Shown one piece after another: positions 13,643 through 28,779 of a stretch of 64,000 nt of DNA. Origin of the DNA: Eledone cirrhosa (lineage: Eukaryota). A program made the position numbers and the translations under genes. Below the pieces are notes generated by a model. It was not told the DNA's origin, ran no database searches, and saw nothing but the letters and a program-made list of their open reading frames with translations. The DNA lies in assembly GCA_964016885.1 (NCBI GenBank), contig OZ024742.1:278504001-278568000 (forward strand), in the 5' to 3' direction. The number at the start of each line of letters is the position of its first letter. Position 1 is the stretch's first letter.

Positions 13643-13940
13643 AGAGCACCAATTCAAATTTTCAATTTTGGCTGGAACGGCAATCGCTCTGTATAATCAG
13701 TTCCTGATTATTATTGGAATTCTATAAGAATCCAACATTCATAATTTTCAGCAAACAGGAAAGTGCTGAGTTTTGATAAGTACCAACAAATACGAAACAG
13801 AGCTCTGTCAGCTTATCTCCCCTTGTTTGCTAAAAATAGAAGAAAGTGATACTGTCACTACTTTAAAACAATAGTGTAAGGTCTTCATAATGCTTTGAAT
13901 TAAGCATACAATGTATTGCAAAATACAATATATATATACA
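13643..13940 (+). mobile_element. Family C copy
   Basis: Reverse complement of 12410-12714. Confidence 0.85.
13767..13815 (+). ncRNA. Type I hammerhead ribozyme, U3-A8 core variant (family C)
   Basis: UGAGUU UUGAUAA GUA CCAACAAA UAC GAAA CAG AGCU CUG UC AGCUUA; GUC cleavage triplet and palindromic stem III. Confidence 0.75.
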
Positions 13941-14059
<119 letters not shown>

Positions 14060-14071
14060 TATATTTATATA

Positions 14072-14164
<93 letters not shown>

Positions 14165-14169
<5 letters not shown>

Positions 14170-14780
14170 CAATCATTGTAAGTTTGAATCTGACATGCAA
14201 AAACATATATATATGAATAAATTAAGCCCAAATCGTAGTAGACTCAAATATCAAACACAGAAAGAGAGAGTGGAAAAATGAGGTGCAACAGAAATGATTA
14301 CAGGTCAAAATATAGTCTAGATAGATGTGAAACAAAACGAGGATGTAGTTTATGGAACACCCAAATGATTTAGAAGTCGACCATAAGTAGGAGCAATAAC
14401 ATTAAGAAAGATATGAACGACACCATAACACTTTTTTTTGAATATTTTGAAAGTAGGTGTATATGTATGAATTTTCATGAGATTTTCGTAGTTGTCTCTG
14501 TGGCCTAGCGGTAGTTTCTAGAGACGGTGGAGATCCTGGATTTGGATTCAATCCTGGTCAAGTGGAGTATGTAAATCTTTTCAGTTTTTATTTTACCACT
14601 CTTATTAAAAAACACTGAAAGGGCCTGCAGGGAGCACTATTACCGACCAGGATGGAACTTCAGATCAGGATCACTACCGTCTATGAATCCTTCAGCTAGG
14701 CCACCGAGACAGCTATAAAAGTATAATGAAAATTGATAATTATAAACGTACTTTCAAAATCAAAGTTAAAAAGATGAGGT
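14165..14780. mobile_element. Repeat homologous to 8753-9350 with inverted tRNA-like segments
   Basis: 14445-14559 and 14645-14759 are diverged inverted repeats. The left arm has A-box GTGGCCTAGCGG and B-box-like GGATTCAATCC. Confidence 0.7.
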
Positions 14781-14999
14781 GTCGTTCATGGCTTTCCTAG
14801 AGCTATTAGTAATATTTACGGCCGACTTCTGGTCATTATTGAAAGTCTCTGGATTTCGCAAAATACATAATATTTTTTATTGGAGAAGGTATGATATTTT
14901 TCCGCAAAAATTTGATTGCACTGTTTTGTTTCTACTTATGTAATTTTTGAAAATATTATTTATTGATTATAAAAATTAAATTATAACATTCTATATGTA

Positions 15000-15159
<160 letters not shown>

Positions 15160-15456
15160 CATGTTTAATACAGAAATGGCGTCTACAGGACTAGAACTAT
15201 TTCAATCAAAACAATCATCAGGTAAATGCTTTCTACTAATGTATTGAGTACCTTACTATGTTTACTCCCGATTGAAACCGGGATTCATATATATATAGAT
15301 ACGTCGAAAGATAGATAGATAGATAGAATTGATAAATAGACAGATGGGAATGTGTGTAATTGATTACATGTTATGTAGTTATTTACATTATAGAATTTAA
15401 TTAACAAACAGACACATACACACATTTTATATGTATATATACATGTGTATATATAA

Positions 15457-15518
<62 letters not shown>

Positions 15519-15620
15519 TATTAATTTCTGAATGGCCAACTCCTGCATATGTAATAAGTAGTTCCGTACTTTTATTTAGAGTTGAATAGTAATATATGTA
15601 TGTATAACTTCAAACAATAT

Positions 15621-15669
<49 letters not shown>

Positions 15670-15675
15670 TATATA

Positions 15676-15768
<93 letters not shown>

Positions 15769-15770
15769 TA

Positions 15771-15901
<131 letters not shown>

Positions 15902-15975
15902 GTGTATATACATATATATGTATATATATATATATATGTGTACGAATATATAGTATATATACATGTATATATATG

Positions 15976-16098
<123 letters not shown>

Positions 16099-16170
16099 GT
16101 ATATATACATATATATGTATATATATATATATGTGTACGAATATATAGTATATATACATGTATATATATG

Positions 16171-16259
<89 letters not shown>

Positions 16260-16749
16260 ATATACTATATATTCATACACACAAAAATAGATGGATAGAT
16301 ATATTCTTTGTCTGCCAGATAGTGTATGTGTTTGTGCGTGTAGACTAATAGGCGCATATCCATACAGATAAACGTAAATTGCGTAATATCATATCTATTA
16401 TACGACATGATAAATAATGGAATGATATATCTATGCCAGAACACCGTTGCCACTTTCGATTGCATAAATATCTTCCACGTAATAATTTACCGGGGCACTC
16501 ACGCCATAAATCCACCACTTTGCTGGTGGCTGCCGATTTAGTAGATACCGAGTCGGTTATGTATCGGTTAGATAGGCGCCAAACGGGATAAGACACCACA
16601 CAATGATGGTTGGTGGAATGATCGGTTGGGTTGGCGTATTTTAAATAATAGTGGGTGAACCGAAACTGCATGTTCATAGGTTTTAAGATTTTCAGATTTC
16701 TCATAAATGGTAAAGCAATGGATAGTGAGTTCACATTAACGGAATCTGT

Positions 16750-16873
<124 letters not shown>

Positions 16874-16874
16874 G

Positions 16875-17069
16875 TAACGAAGGAAATGTGGTAAGGAACC
16901 AGGTGGACCATAACGCACCAAAGTACTCAATACTTGAGGTAGTAGAGTGGGTAATAGGAACCAGTAAGACCCCGACAGCTGAGCTCAAGCCGTTTCGACG
17001 GCTAATCAATTAATAAATTAGCCGTCGAAACGGCTTGAGCTCAGCTGTCGGGGTCTTACTGGTTCCTAT
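16875..17069. mobile_element. Family F: tail plus about 116-bp palindrome containing the 3' half of an HHR
   Basis: Inverted arms 16954-17069. A second copy lies at 19577-19776, with related tails at 60050-60140 and 61345-61440. Confidence 0.85.
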
Positions 17070-17072
17070 ATA

Positions 17073-17177
<105 letters not shown>

Positions 17178-17743
17178 ACGCATGTAGGTGTTTTTGTATG
17201 TATTAATATATATATATATACACTCGTAATTTCACATACGGGCGCATAGAAAAACACAATACATACACACTTTGTCTTTCTCCCCCCCCCCCCCATATAT
17301 ATATATTTCATCTACTTGTCAGTCACTTCATCGATTGTCTCTCTGTTGACCAATGGTAGTTGGTATCTGTCCTCTGAGGCATTTTTGCCTATTGCTGTTT
17401 TTGACAGGATCAGCGGCTCTTCTGGCAATTAGTTTTCTAATTTTTATATTTAGTCCAATATACTTTCGCTTCGTCTCGATCAGACAAAACATTTCCTTTA
17501 TATATATATAATTACAACAGTGGCATAAGCATGTAATCAAGTTTCGTTGGGTTCTGGGCCCCAATAAAAAACAAACAATCGTTGTTTTGTTTATTTTTCT
17601 CGTGACAGCCTGAACGAATTGGGGTTCAGAACACAACAAAACTTGAGTACCTGTTTATGTCACTGTTGTAAATATTTATACTAAACTCGTCCTATGGACT
17701 GAGCTATCTTACCCTTGGATATTTCCATTTAACTTTTACTTCA

Positions 17744-17805
<62 letters not shown>

Positions 17806-18039
17806 CGTTTCTGAATTTGTTTAGCAAGATTCTGAAAAGGTCACAGAATGTGTGACGAAAGAACTTTGACAATATATAAACAACTATCTGGTTGTGGAAC
17901 CAACCAACCAACCAGAAATTTATAAATTCCTAAATTTATAAAATTATTATAATAAATTGAAGTGAAAACACTGGTGCGTGTGTTTCTTATTGGCAACATG
18001 ACCCTCCCAAAGTATAACAATATATATATATATATATAC

Positions 18040-18460
18040 GTCTAGGACGGGTAAAATGGACGAGTTCTCTCCAGCGGTATCAGTCGCTCATTATCGCTAC
18101 CATGTCCTGCGTCTCCAACAGACCAGTGTCTGTCCTTAGGGCATCAACATACGTTAACCTTGGTCTTCTGCTTCCAGTGTGTCCATGAAGGGGATCCCAC
18201 AGGAGCACTGAGTGCAATTTCCACTGTGAATGTCGGTGAGCATGTCCAACTAACATCAGTCTCCTCTGTGTCACTTTTGAGCTGACGTTTGGGAGACTCC
18301 CATACAGCTCTGAGTTTTTCATCCTCAGTGTATACTGATTAATGTTCAGGGCCATCTTCAGCATTCTCGTGTAGCACCCATCCACCATCTAAGTGAGTTT
18401 CTTGGTCAGTGTCCAAGTCTCAGACCCCTACAGCAGCACAGACTCCACTACAGCAATCGC
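18040..18460 (-). mobile_element. RTE/RTEX-group LINE 3' fragment
   Basis: VESVLLYGSETWTLTKKLT*MVDGCYTRMLKMALN...RRLMLVGHAHRH..VLLWDPLHG..RRPRLTYVD. Confidence 0.88.
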
Positions 18461-18489
18461 CATACACACACACACACACACACACACAC

Positions 18490-18570
<81 letters not shown>

Positions 18571-18980
18571 GCTGCTTTACGGGTCTGAGACTTGGACACT
18601 AACCAAGAAACTCACTTAGATGGTGGATGGGTACTACACGAGATTGCTGAGGATGGCTCTGAAAATTAATCAGTATACACTGAGGATGAAAAACTCAGAG
18701 CTGTATGGGAGTCTCCCGAACGTCAGCTCAAAAGTGACACAGAGGAGACTGATGTTAGCTGGACATGCTCATCGACAGATATATATAGTAATAATAATAA
18801 ATTTGGAGACTAAAATCCAAAGAGGGCTCGATAATGATAAATATATATCAGATATATAAAAACCGTAGAGCAAATATTTATTAAAATAACAGATTAAAGT
18901 TTAAGCAAAGAATTGCTGCTTTCACCCTTAACGGGATATTCTGAAACTCAGAGTTTCAGAAGATCCCGTTAAGGGTGCAA

Positions 18981-19565
18981 CCGATACGTGCATATATATA
19001 TATGTGTGCATGTATGTATATATATATACATACAACTGTACGTCTGTATACATATATGTATGTAGGTATACATACATACATACTTACATTTAAGTAACTG
19101 CCGTACTAAGTGTAAGAAATGAAATTTCGTTGCATTCTATTCCATTTATCGTTTTCGGTGCGCCCGGCCGACTAAACTCACTCGATATGCAAATTAGGCT
19201 GCTCAGCTGTTAATATGCATAAGGAAAGTATATACTTTCAGACGTTCAACCATCTGGCAGGAAGGTATACGATGCTGACGATAGCTAATAAGCTTGAAAC
19301 TAGTACATCGTTCCTGTGTCAGTGTTGAACAAAAAGGTGACGTGGTTGCGTAATTCGGGCTGTTTGTTTGTTTACAGACAAACCGAGCATTATCATAAAT
19401 GTTCGGCAAACCGATACGTGCATATATATATATATGTATGCATGTATGTATACTACTGTACGTCTTTATACATATATGTATGTACGTATATATACATACA
19501 TACATACATTTAAGTAACTGCCGTACTAAGAGTGAGAAATGAAATTTCGTTTCATTCTATTCCAT
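18981..19565 (+). mobile_element. Non-coding repeat family B (about 430-nt unit, terminal direct repeats, HHR)
   Basis: 18981-19145 repeats at 19411-19565. Other copies at 27727-28530 and 46355-46800. Confidence 0.88.
19269..19311 (+). ncRNA. Minimal type I hammerhead ribozyme (family B)
   Basis: ACGAUG CUGACGA U AGCU AAUA AGCU U GAAA CUAG UA CAUCGU. Confidence 0.85.
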
Positions 19566-19576
19566 ATATATATATA

Positions 19577-19771
19577 TAACGAAGGAAATGTGGTATGGAA
19601 CCAGGTGAACCATAACGCACCAAAGTACTCAATACTTAGGGTAGTAGAGTGGGTAATAGGAACGAGTAGGACCCCGACAGCTGAGCTCAAGCCGTCCGAC
19701 GGCTAATTCTGGACTAGTCCAGAATTAGCCGTCGAAATGGCTTGAGCTCAGCCGTCGGGGTCCTACTCGTT

Positions 19772-19776
<5 letters not shown>
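19577..19776. mobile_element. Family F second copy; palindrome 19656-19776
   Basis: Centre GACGGCTAATTCTGGACT|AGTCCAGAATTAGCCGTC. Confidence 0.85.
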
Positions 19777-19866
<90 letters not shown>

Positions 19867-19867
19867 T

Positions 19868-20208
19868 AATAATAATAAAATTGAAGACTAAAATCCAAAG
19901 AGGGCTCGATAAGGAAAATATATATCAAATATATAAGAACCATAGAGCAAATATTTATTAAAATAACAGATTAAAGTTTAAGCAAAGAATCGCTGCTTTC
20001 ACCCTTAACGGGATCTTCTGAAACTAACAAAGTCAATCTGTAAACGCAGAACTGGATATTTCAAAAAACGTTGCAACCGGAGGAAGACAGGAAGACGATA
20101 CTTTGGTTCGTGGTGACGTTCGCTGGCAAAGAACGGGAAAAAACGAATAATACGTCATTAATGGGAGCGGTGAAAAACAATTACGCGCAAAGACAAAACC
20201 ACGTTTAT

Positions 20209-20210
<2 letters not shown>
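19868..20210 (-). mobile_element. Family A copy (variant HHR 19966-20041)
   Basis: Reverse complement of about 9920-10270. Confidence 0.85.
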
Positions 20211-20271
<61 letters not shown>

Positions 20272-20385
20272 ATGCCCTAAGGACAGACACTGGTCTGTTG
20301 GAGATGCAGGATATGGCAGCGATAATGAGGGACAGAGACCGCTGGAGAGAACTCGTCCATAGATCTCGGGAATTTTACCCGCCTT

Positions 20386-20428
<43 letters not shown>

Positions 20429-20444
20429 CATACATTTACATACC

Positions 20445-20476
<32 letters not shown>

Positions 20477-20606
20477 TATAGATATAAATTGAAATTGATG
20501 TGTTTTGTATAACGATAGTGTGGCTCTACGATAACTCTATGAGAAAATTAGGGCTAACATACCATGGCCTCGGAGCTTTACACACTGCCAATATGTTGGG
20601 AACCTG

Positions 20607-20890
20607 AAGTAGCGATATTTGCATGTGCATTATCAAGTCTGTATCAGCATGTTTTACTTCAGTAACTGATTTAACAACGTTTGATGCTTTAATGAGTATT
20701 TGTTTGGAAATAGTCGCGTAATAGTCCTTTATGTTGAAATGAACGATGTAGCAACATTCTTTGTTGAGTATGTTACGGAACCAATTGATATCAGCTTCGG
20801 TGCTGTGCTAAAGAGGTAGGGTTGATTCCTTTTTGTATTTTCGTATGTAGAAATCTAAAATGTTCTTGCTAATAATACGGAGGTCAGTCA
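20607..20890 (-). mobile_element. Naiad-like PLE RT fragment
   Basis: [12 protein letters not shown]...PL*HSTEADINWFRNILNKECCYIVHFNIKDYYATISKQILIKA aligns to SDIGKISKYILD..LWGNTHEAIRWFNNITDK..FIQFDIDEYYSSIS of ORF 43744. Confidence 0.8.
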
Positions 20891-20912
20891 TTGAGGTTAT
20901 ACGCACACATAC

Positions 20913-20968
<56 letters not shown>

Positions 20969-21007
20969 GGTTACATATGTGTATGTGCATATATATATAT
21001 ATATATG

Positions 21008-21045
<38 letters not shown>

Positions 21046-21071
21046 TGCGTGTGTATATATATATATATATA

Positions 21072-21256
21072 CACACTAATCATTTTCTGACGTTTGTAAT
21101 CCATTGAGGTTACACACACACACACACACACATACACGCCCTCCCCACACACATATGTTTGTGTACGTGTGGGGCGGTGGGAGGGGGGGGGGGGGGGTTC
21201 GTGTATATGTGTGTGTAACCTCAATGGATTACAAACGACAGAAAATGATTAGTGTT
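21072..21256. repeat. Inverted repeat
   Basis: ACACTAATCATTTTCTGACGTTTGTAATCCATTGAGGTTACACACAC and its reverse complement. Confidence 0.9.
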
Positions 21257-21258
21257 TG

Positions 21259-21358
<100 letters not shown>

Positions 21359-21818
21359 CATTCATCATTTTCTGACGCTTCCTATCCAACATTTATATTT
21401 GTAGTTTTGTTTTTCATTCTCACCAAGAAACACAGAAGAGAATTGAAAATAAAACAAAACATAACAAAAACAAAAACACAAAAAACAAACAAACAATCTA
21501 AAAACTAAAAAGTAAACACAGAAACAAAAGTATTGAATATTCTTTTTGCAAGTCCATCGCGTGATTCCTGCAAAGTGAAGTTCAGTTGGTATAATTTTAT
21601 GGCCATTAAAATTGAAATATTCCATTTCTTCTTTTACGATACTTAGCTTCAAGTGGGTGATAAAATATTTGATAATGAACTTTGATTGTTTTTAACCATT
21701 CTTTTCTCCACTTTTCGCACATCTTATTTTTTGGTTTCAAATTATATCTATTTCTGTATTCTCGCTCGCCTTTCGCACCCTTTCCCTGCTATTACATTCT
21801 GATAGTTTTTCCTTTACT

Positions 21819-21892
<74 letters not shown>

Positions 21893-22023
21893 GTATTTGT
21901 CTCTGTCTTTCTCTCTATTCCTGTCTCTTTCATTCTCTCTCTCTCCCCTCTCTCTCTCTCTCTCTTTCTCTCTCACTCTCTCTCTATATATATATAATAT
22001 ATATTTACACACACACACACACA

Positions 22024-22057
<34 letters not shown>

Positions 22058-22484
22058 CATATATATATATATGTATATATGTGTGTGTGTGTGTATGTCT
22101 GCATTTATTCTTAAATATACACAAATACACACATTAACACACAAATACTCCTACCCCTTTATCTAATCTATCTCTCTCTCTCTATATATATATCTACACA
22201 CACTGAATATTTATGTGAGTGCGTGAGAGTGTTTATAAAATTTGCATATTAGCAAGTTGATATACATATATCATCATTCCTACATCAGCAGTCTATATTA
22301 AATCTATAAATATTAATGTATATAGAGCGATATAGGCGCACACCTGCACATATCCATATACATATACATATATATATTTATATATATATATGTTCATATA
22401 TATATATATGAATATATATATATATATGTTCATATATATATATGAATATATATATATATATATATATATGTTCATGTATATATA

Positions 22485-22538
<54 letters not shown>

Positions 22539-22562
22539 TATATATATTTTATGTATATATAT

Positions 22563-22647
<85 letters not shown>

Positions 22648-22661
22648 CGTATGTATATGTA

Positions 22662-22704
<43 letters not shown>

Positions 22705-22710
22705 AATATA

Positions 22711-22756
<46 letters not shown>

Positions 22757-24131
22757 CATGTGTAAATATTTCTATATATGAGAGAGCGAGGCTGCGTGAG
22801 TAAGCGAGAGTGAGAGGGAAATTAATTGAGTGGTTGATTGATTGATATTTTTATAAATGTATTTCTTTATAGAACAGTTTCAATAATTTACATATATATA
22901 TATAAGGGCGTGTACATGGCTGTCAGCTTATAGTTGGCAGTCAGCTTTCGTGACATCTTGAGCTACTGCTGACAATATCAACAGAACAAAGCTAGAATCT
23001 AGTCTAATATGGGTGCAACGACTTCGATAATGGGTCTACACAATAGAGGTTGACCTAACCCATCGTCAAAAGATGCTGAGGTTATATATATCGTTTAATC
23101 ATTATAATTATTTCCACGGTTCTCCATGCAATCGTGATGCCCTTCATGCATTTCCTGTTGATTATGAGAACGGTATCCTCAGATGAATGAGCGATATGTT
23201 TGATCTGTTGCTGGCAGGAAAAAACACACGTCCTATTGTTTGTGTGCCCAGCAGACATATGAGTTCCTTGAAGGGTTTACCCGCCAAGGTGTTTGCTTAA
23301 AAAAGCTATCAACGAAAAAAACGAAAGAACTGTGTGTAGCCAAAGCCCAGTAGACAGTGGAAGCAATAAATGGAGCTCTGAGGGAGGATGTGGTATACTA
23401 TTTGTTGACAGCCACCTGTAGACAACAACTAGAATAACAACAATAACGACTGCGACAACAACAATAACGACAATAACAGCAAAACGCCAATATCATCTAC
23501 GCTGGCCGCACCAGTCGTAGTGATATTACTACTCTACTGACAACAACAACGAAAGCAACAGCTACAGTAAACAGTTTCAACAACAACAACAGCAACAACG
23601 ACAACAACAGCAAACACACAGACCAGCGTCGTGTACACAGGCCGTCGCAGTCGTAGTGACGGTATCACCCCGCCAACGATAAACCTAAAGCAATAAAAGA
23701 GGTTCTGAAGTAGGTGGATACACGGAATTGGTGGCATCAATCACCATGACTATATATAGCAACAACAACAAACATTAACACCGCCCATCACCTACCCCGT
23801 TTAATACATTAACAGAGAAAGCTTTAAGCAATACTCCGACCGGCTTCCGTCTCACTCACCAAACAAAGGATATACCTTATTATAATCCCAATTATACGTT
23901 TGGGGTGCTAACTATACGTATTTTGCGGATAGCCAGTTGTATTATTTTATATGAGACATATTTAAAATACATCTCTCTTTCCAAACGATCGTTTCATTAT
24001 AAGTTTTCTACAAATTGGGAAAATAATGTCCAGGTTATGTAGAAGCCTACACATAGTCCGTAGGAATATATGTAGGTGGGCACTTATAAATCATCAGTGG
24101 ATGTCCGACAAATATCGATATAAAAAAAAAC

Positions 24132-24333
24132 CTTACCGATATTAATGTTCAGCGATGGTACCCTTCCGTGCTAGAATGACCGCTAAATTTGATATTCCAG
24201 CAGTCTCACAATGAGAAATCTCACACTGCCATCAAGCGGTGTGAGATTTCTTATTGTGAGACTGCTGGAATATCAAATTTGGCGTTCATTCTAGCACGGA
24301 CAGGTACCATCGCTAAACATTAATATCGGTAAG
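24132..24333. repeat. About 200-bp near-perfect palindrome
   Basis: Arms of about 97 bp, CTTACCGATATTAATGTT...TCTCACAC / GTGTGAGA...AACATTAATATCGGTAAG. Confidence 0.95.
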
Positions 24334-24374
<41 letters not shown>

Positions 24375-24377
<3 letters not shown>

Positions 24378-25237
24378 CACGATTTCACCGAACTTATATT
24401 CATGGAAATTTGGGACTGGACTCGTTCTTCCTCACTTTTCGTTGCTTTACCATCTTTGTTTACACTCCGCTGTCCCCTTTATTTACATGTCGCAACGACT
24501 TTTTTTAGCCGTTGCTCGCACCAACCGGAGGTATATGGCCTTTAAAGCGATGAAATAGCAATGATGGTTGGAAGATCACTGATGAAGGACTAACTTTATT
24601 CATATGTAACCCATTTGCAACCACGCAGTACGTTTATTCTCATATTTACACATATTTCTTCCCCCGCTATGACCCGTCTATTTCGTTTTTACTGCTTCCT
24701 CTTTCTCTGTATATTTACCCTCTCTAACAGTCACTCTCTCTGTTAGCCTCTTCCTCACCCTTCACTCACTCACTCTCTGTTACTACCTCTCCTCCTCCTC
24801 CTTCTTACCGCTTGACCTGTGCGTTGATTCTTTTCTTTCGCACGCTTGGTCAGGCTGGTTCACCTTTTTTCTCTCTCTCGTCTACGATTTCACAGAACTT
24901 ATGTTCACCGAATTCACAGACTAGATTTCTTCTTCCTCCCGTTAGACCTGTACATAATTCCTTCCTTGCTCTCATTCCATCCAGGTTTGATGGTCTTTAT
25001 TCTCTCTCGTTCACGATTTCACCGAACTTATATTCATGGAAATTTGGGACTTGACTCGTTCTTTCTCACTTTTCGATGCTTCACCATCTTTGTTTGTTTA
25101 CACTCTCGCTGTCCCCTTTATTTACGTGTCCCAACGACTTTTTTTAGCCGTTGCTCGCACCAACCGGAGGTATATGGTCTTTAAAGCGATGAAATACCAA
25201 TGATGGTTGGAAGATCACTGATGAAGGACTAACTTTA

Positions 25238-25242
<5 letters not shown>
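24375..25242 (+). mobile_element. Family D: partial tandem (about 633-nt unit, about 230-bp direct repeats) in (TA)n
   Basis: 24375-24605 repeats at 25009-25242. Each repeat ends ..GATCACTGATGAAGGACTAACTTTATTCATAT. Confidence 0.85.
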
Positions 25243-25309
<67 letters not shown>

Positions 25310-26150
25310 AGACAGTATATAGAGAAAAATACACAAAAAGGTATGTGTTAAAGTATACGTAATATAATACCACCAGAGTGATAATCATATAATCTACGAA
25401 CAGAATGGAAAATAAGTAACAAATTAAAATGATAAATTAAAATGTACAGACCATTCATTTATAACTATATCACCTGGACATGCAGTAAGCATCTTTCGCC
25501 ACAAATAAAGTGTAGAATCAAACCGCTGAGGGCCTATCAACATGAGGAACAAACAGTATCATCCACACTTCTAAAACAAATATCAGACAACGAGCAAGAA
25601 CACATGGTATAAAGAGAAAACATGTGCGCTATGCAGCACATGGTGGTGTGAATGGGCCAAAAGACTGCTAAAAATAGCAGCCGAGAACCATTCAGTTTAA
25701 GAAGCTCAACTTACATATAGAAATGAAACAGGAACCAATATATCAAATTAAAAAACGGAGTTGAAGACTCACATTAATTGCCTATAATTATATATATATT
25801 TATATATATAATTAAGAAAAACGAAGTTTCGTTTACATGTAGTTAGTTCTTTATTGTGTATCGATCTGTTACGTGCGTTTAGCAGCGGATTTGACATTAG
25901 AATTCTTAGAGTCGCCCTTAGTAGTTATGGATTTGAATCCATTATCGATCTGTTCTACAGACTGGCGATTCAATATGCATTCAAACACTTACATACGACT
26001 ACATACATGAAGAGAAATAGAGCCAACCTCACAAATCCTTACAAACACTATATTTATGTTGAACATGTATATTGTATATAAACCTATAGCATAAGTTTAT
26101 GTATAGTTTCATATACACCTTCTCTCCCTCTCTTTTACACACACACTCAT

Positions 26151-26181
<31 letters not shown>

Positions 26182-26195
26182 TACATATGTATATG

Positions 26196-26626
<431 letters not shown>

Positions 26627-27184
26627 ACATACATATACATGCATACATATTTAAGTAGATACATTCATTGTTATAAATCTGTATTAAATTAACGATAGTA
26701 CGGTCGTATCTTTTGTCGCTTTCTCAAAAGCCGGAATCCACATGCCGGAAAAAATACTTCTCTGAAAAGAAAATACCTTTAGAAAATACATTGAGATTAA
26801 ACTCATGGATTATTTTATATAAATGTCAATACTTCGAAAATAATATACGCTAAGATGCAGCGTAACGTTGTAAAATATAAGATATGTGAAATACGCAGAA
26901 GCATCAGTCGATAGATAAGGAGATAAGATTTTAAACATGCATATATCGATACATGTATACATATATATGTAGAATAAGGGATAGAGAAACAGTGCTAAAA
27001 AGAGAGAATGTGAGGGAGGGATAAAGTGAAAGAATTTCAGAGATGGAACTAGATCGATAGCTAAATAGAATGGTAGTGCGATAAACAGATACGTATTTAT
27101 ACACATAAATACACACATGCATGCATGAGTATAAATCGATTTTCTTATGTAGGTATGCATTTATATATGTATACACACACACAA

Positions 27185-27216
<32 letters not shown>

Positions 27217-27614
27217 TATATCATATATAATATACACATATGTATATTTGTAAGTATGTATGTAAGTATGTATGATATATATGTATGTATATATGTATGT
27301 ATGTATGTATATATGTATGTATGTATGTATGTATATATGTATGTATGCATGCATATATGTAAATACACACGTAAATATAGTAAATGAAATGGAAATCGTT
27401 GAAATAATGTTGTAGTTTATTAAAGAAATATAAGAATAAAAACTGTATTATGTTTAAAGAAATATTCCTCGTAATATATTTCAAGAAAATACATGGAAAA
27501 ACATTCTTGACAGATTATATGCATAATAAACTATATACAATTACAATGAGTGTATGAAAGCATCCACCCCTCCCTAACACACACACACACACACACACAC
27601 GCACGTACACACAC

Positions 27615-28530
<916 letters not shown>

Positions 28531-28552
28531 TATATATATATATATATATTTG

Positions 28553-28586
<34 letters not shown>

Positions 28587-28708
28587 CACACATATATATG
28601 TAGATATATATGTATGTATATATACATATACATATATATACATATATATATATATATATTATATATATATATATATATGTAAATTTACAAACACATATAT
28701 ACATGTAT

Positions 28709-28779
<71 letters not shown>

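Larger units (their letters stand above)
18568..20387 (+). mobile_element. Inverted copy of the same RTE fragment (18568-18777 plus 20268-20387), interrupted by nested repeats
   Basis: MVDGYYTRLLRMALKINQ...GHAHR, then VDALRTDTGLLE after a 1.5-kb insertion cluster. Confidence 0.8.

Noticed and set aside
25480-25545. Minus-strand UUGAUAG GCC..GGC GAAA hammerhead-like string
   Set aside because: The core is altered and stem I does not pair.
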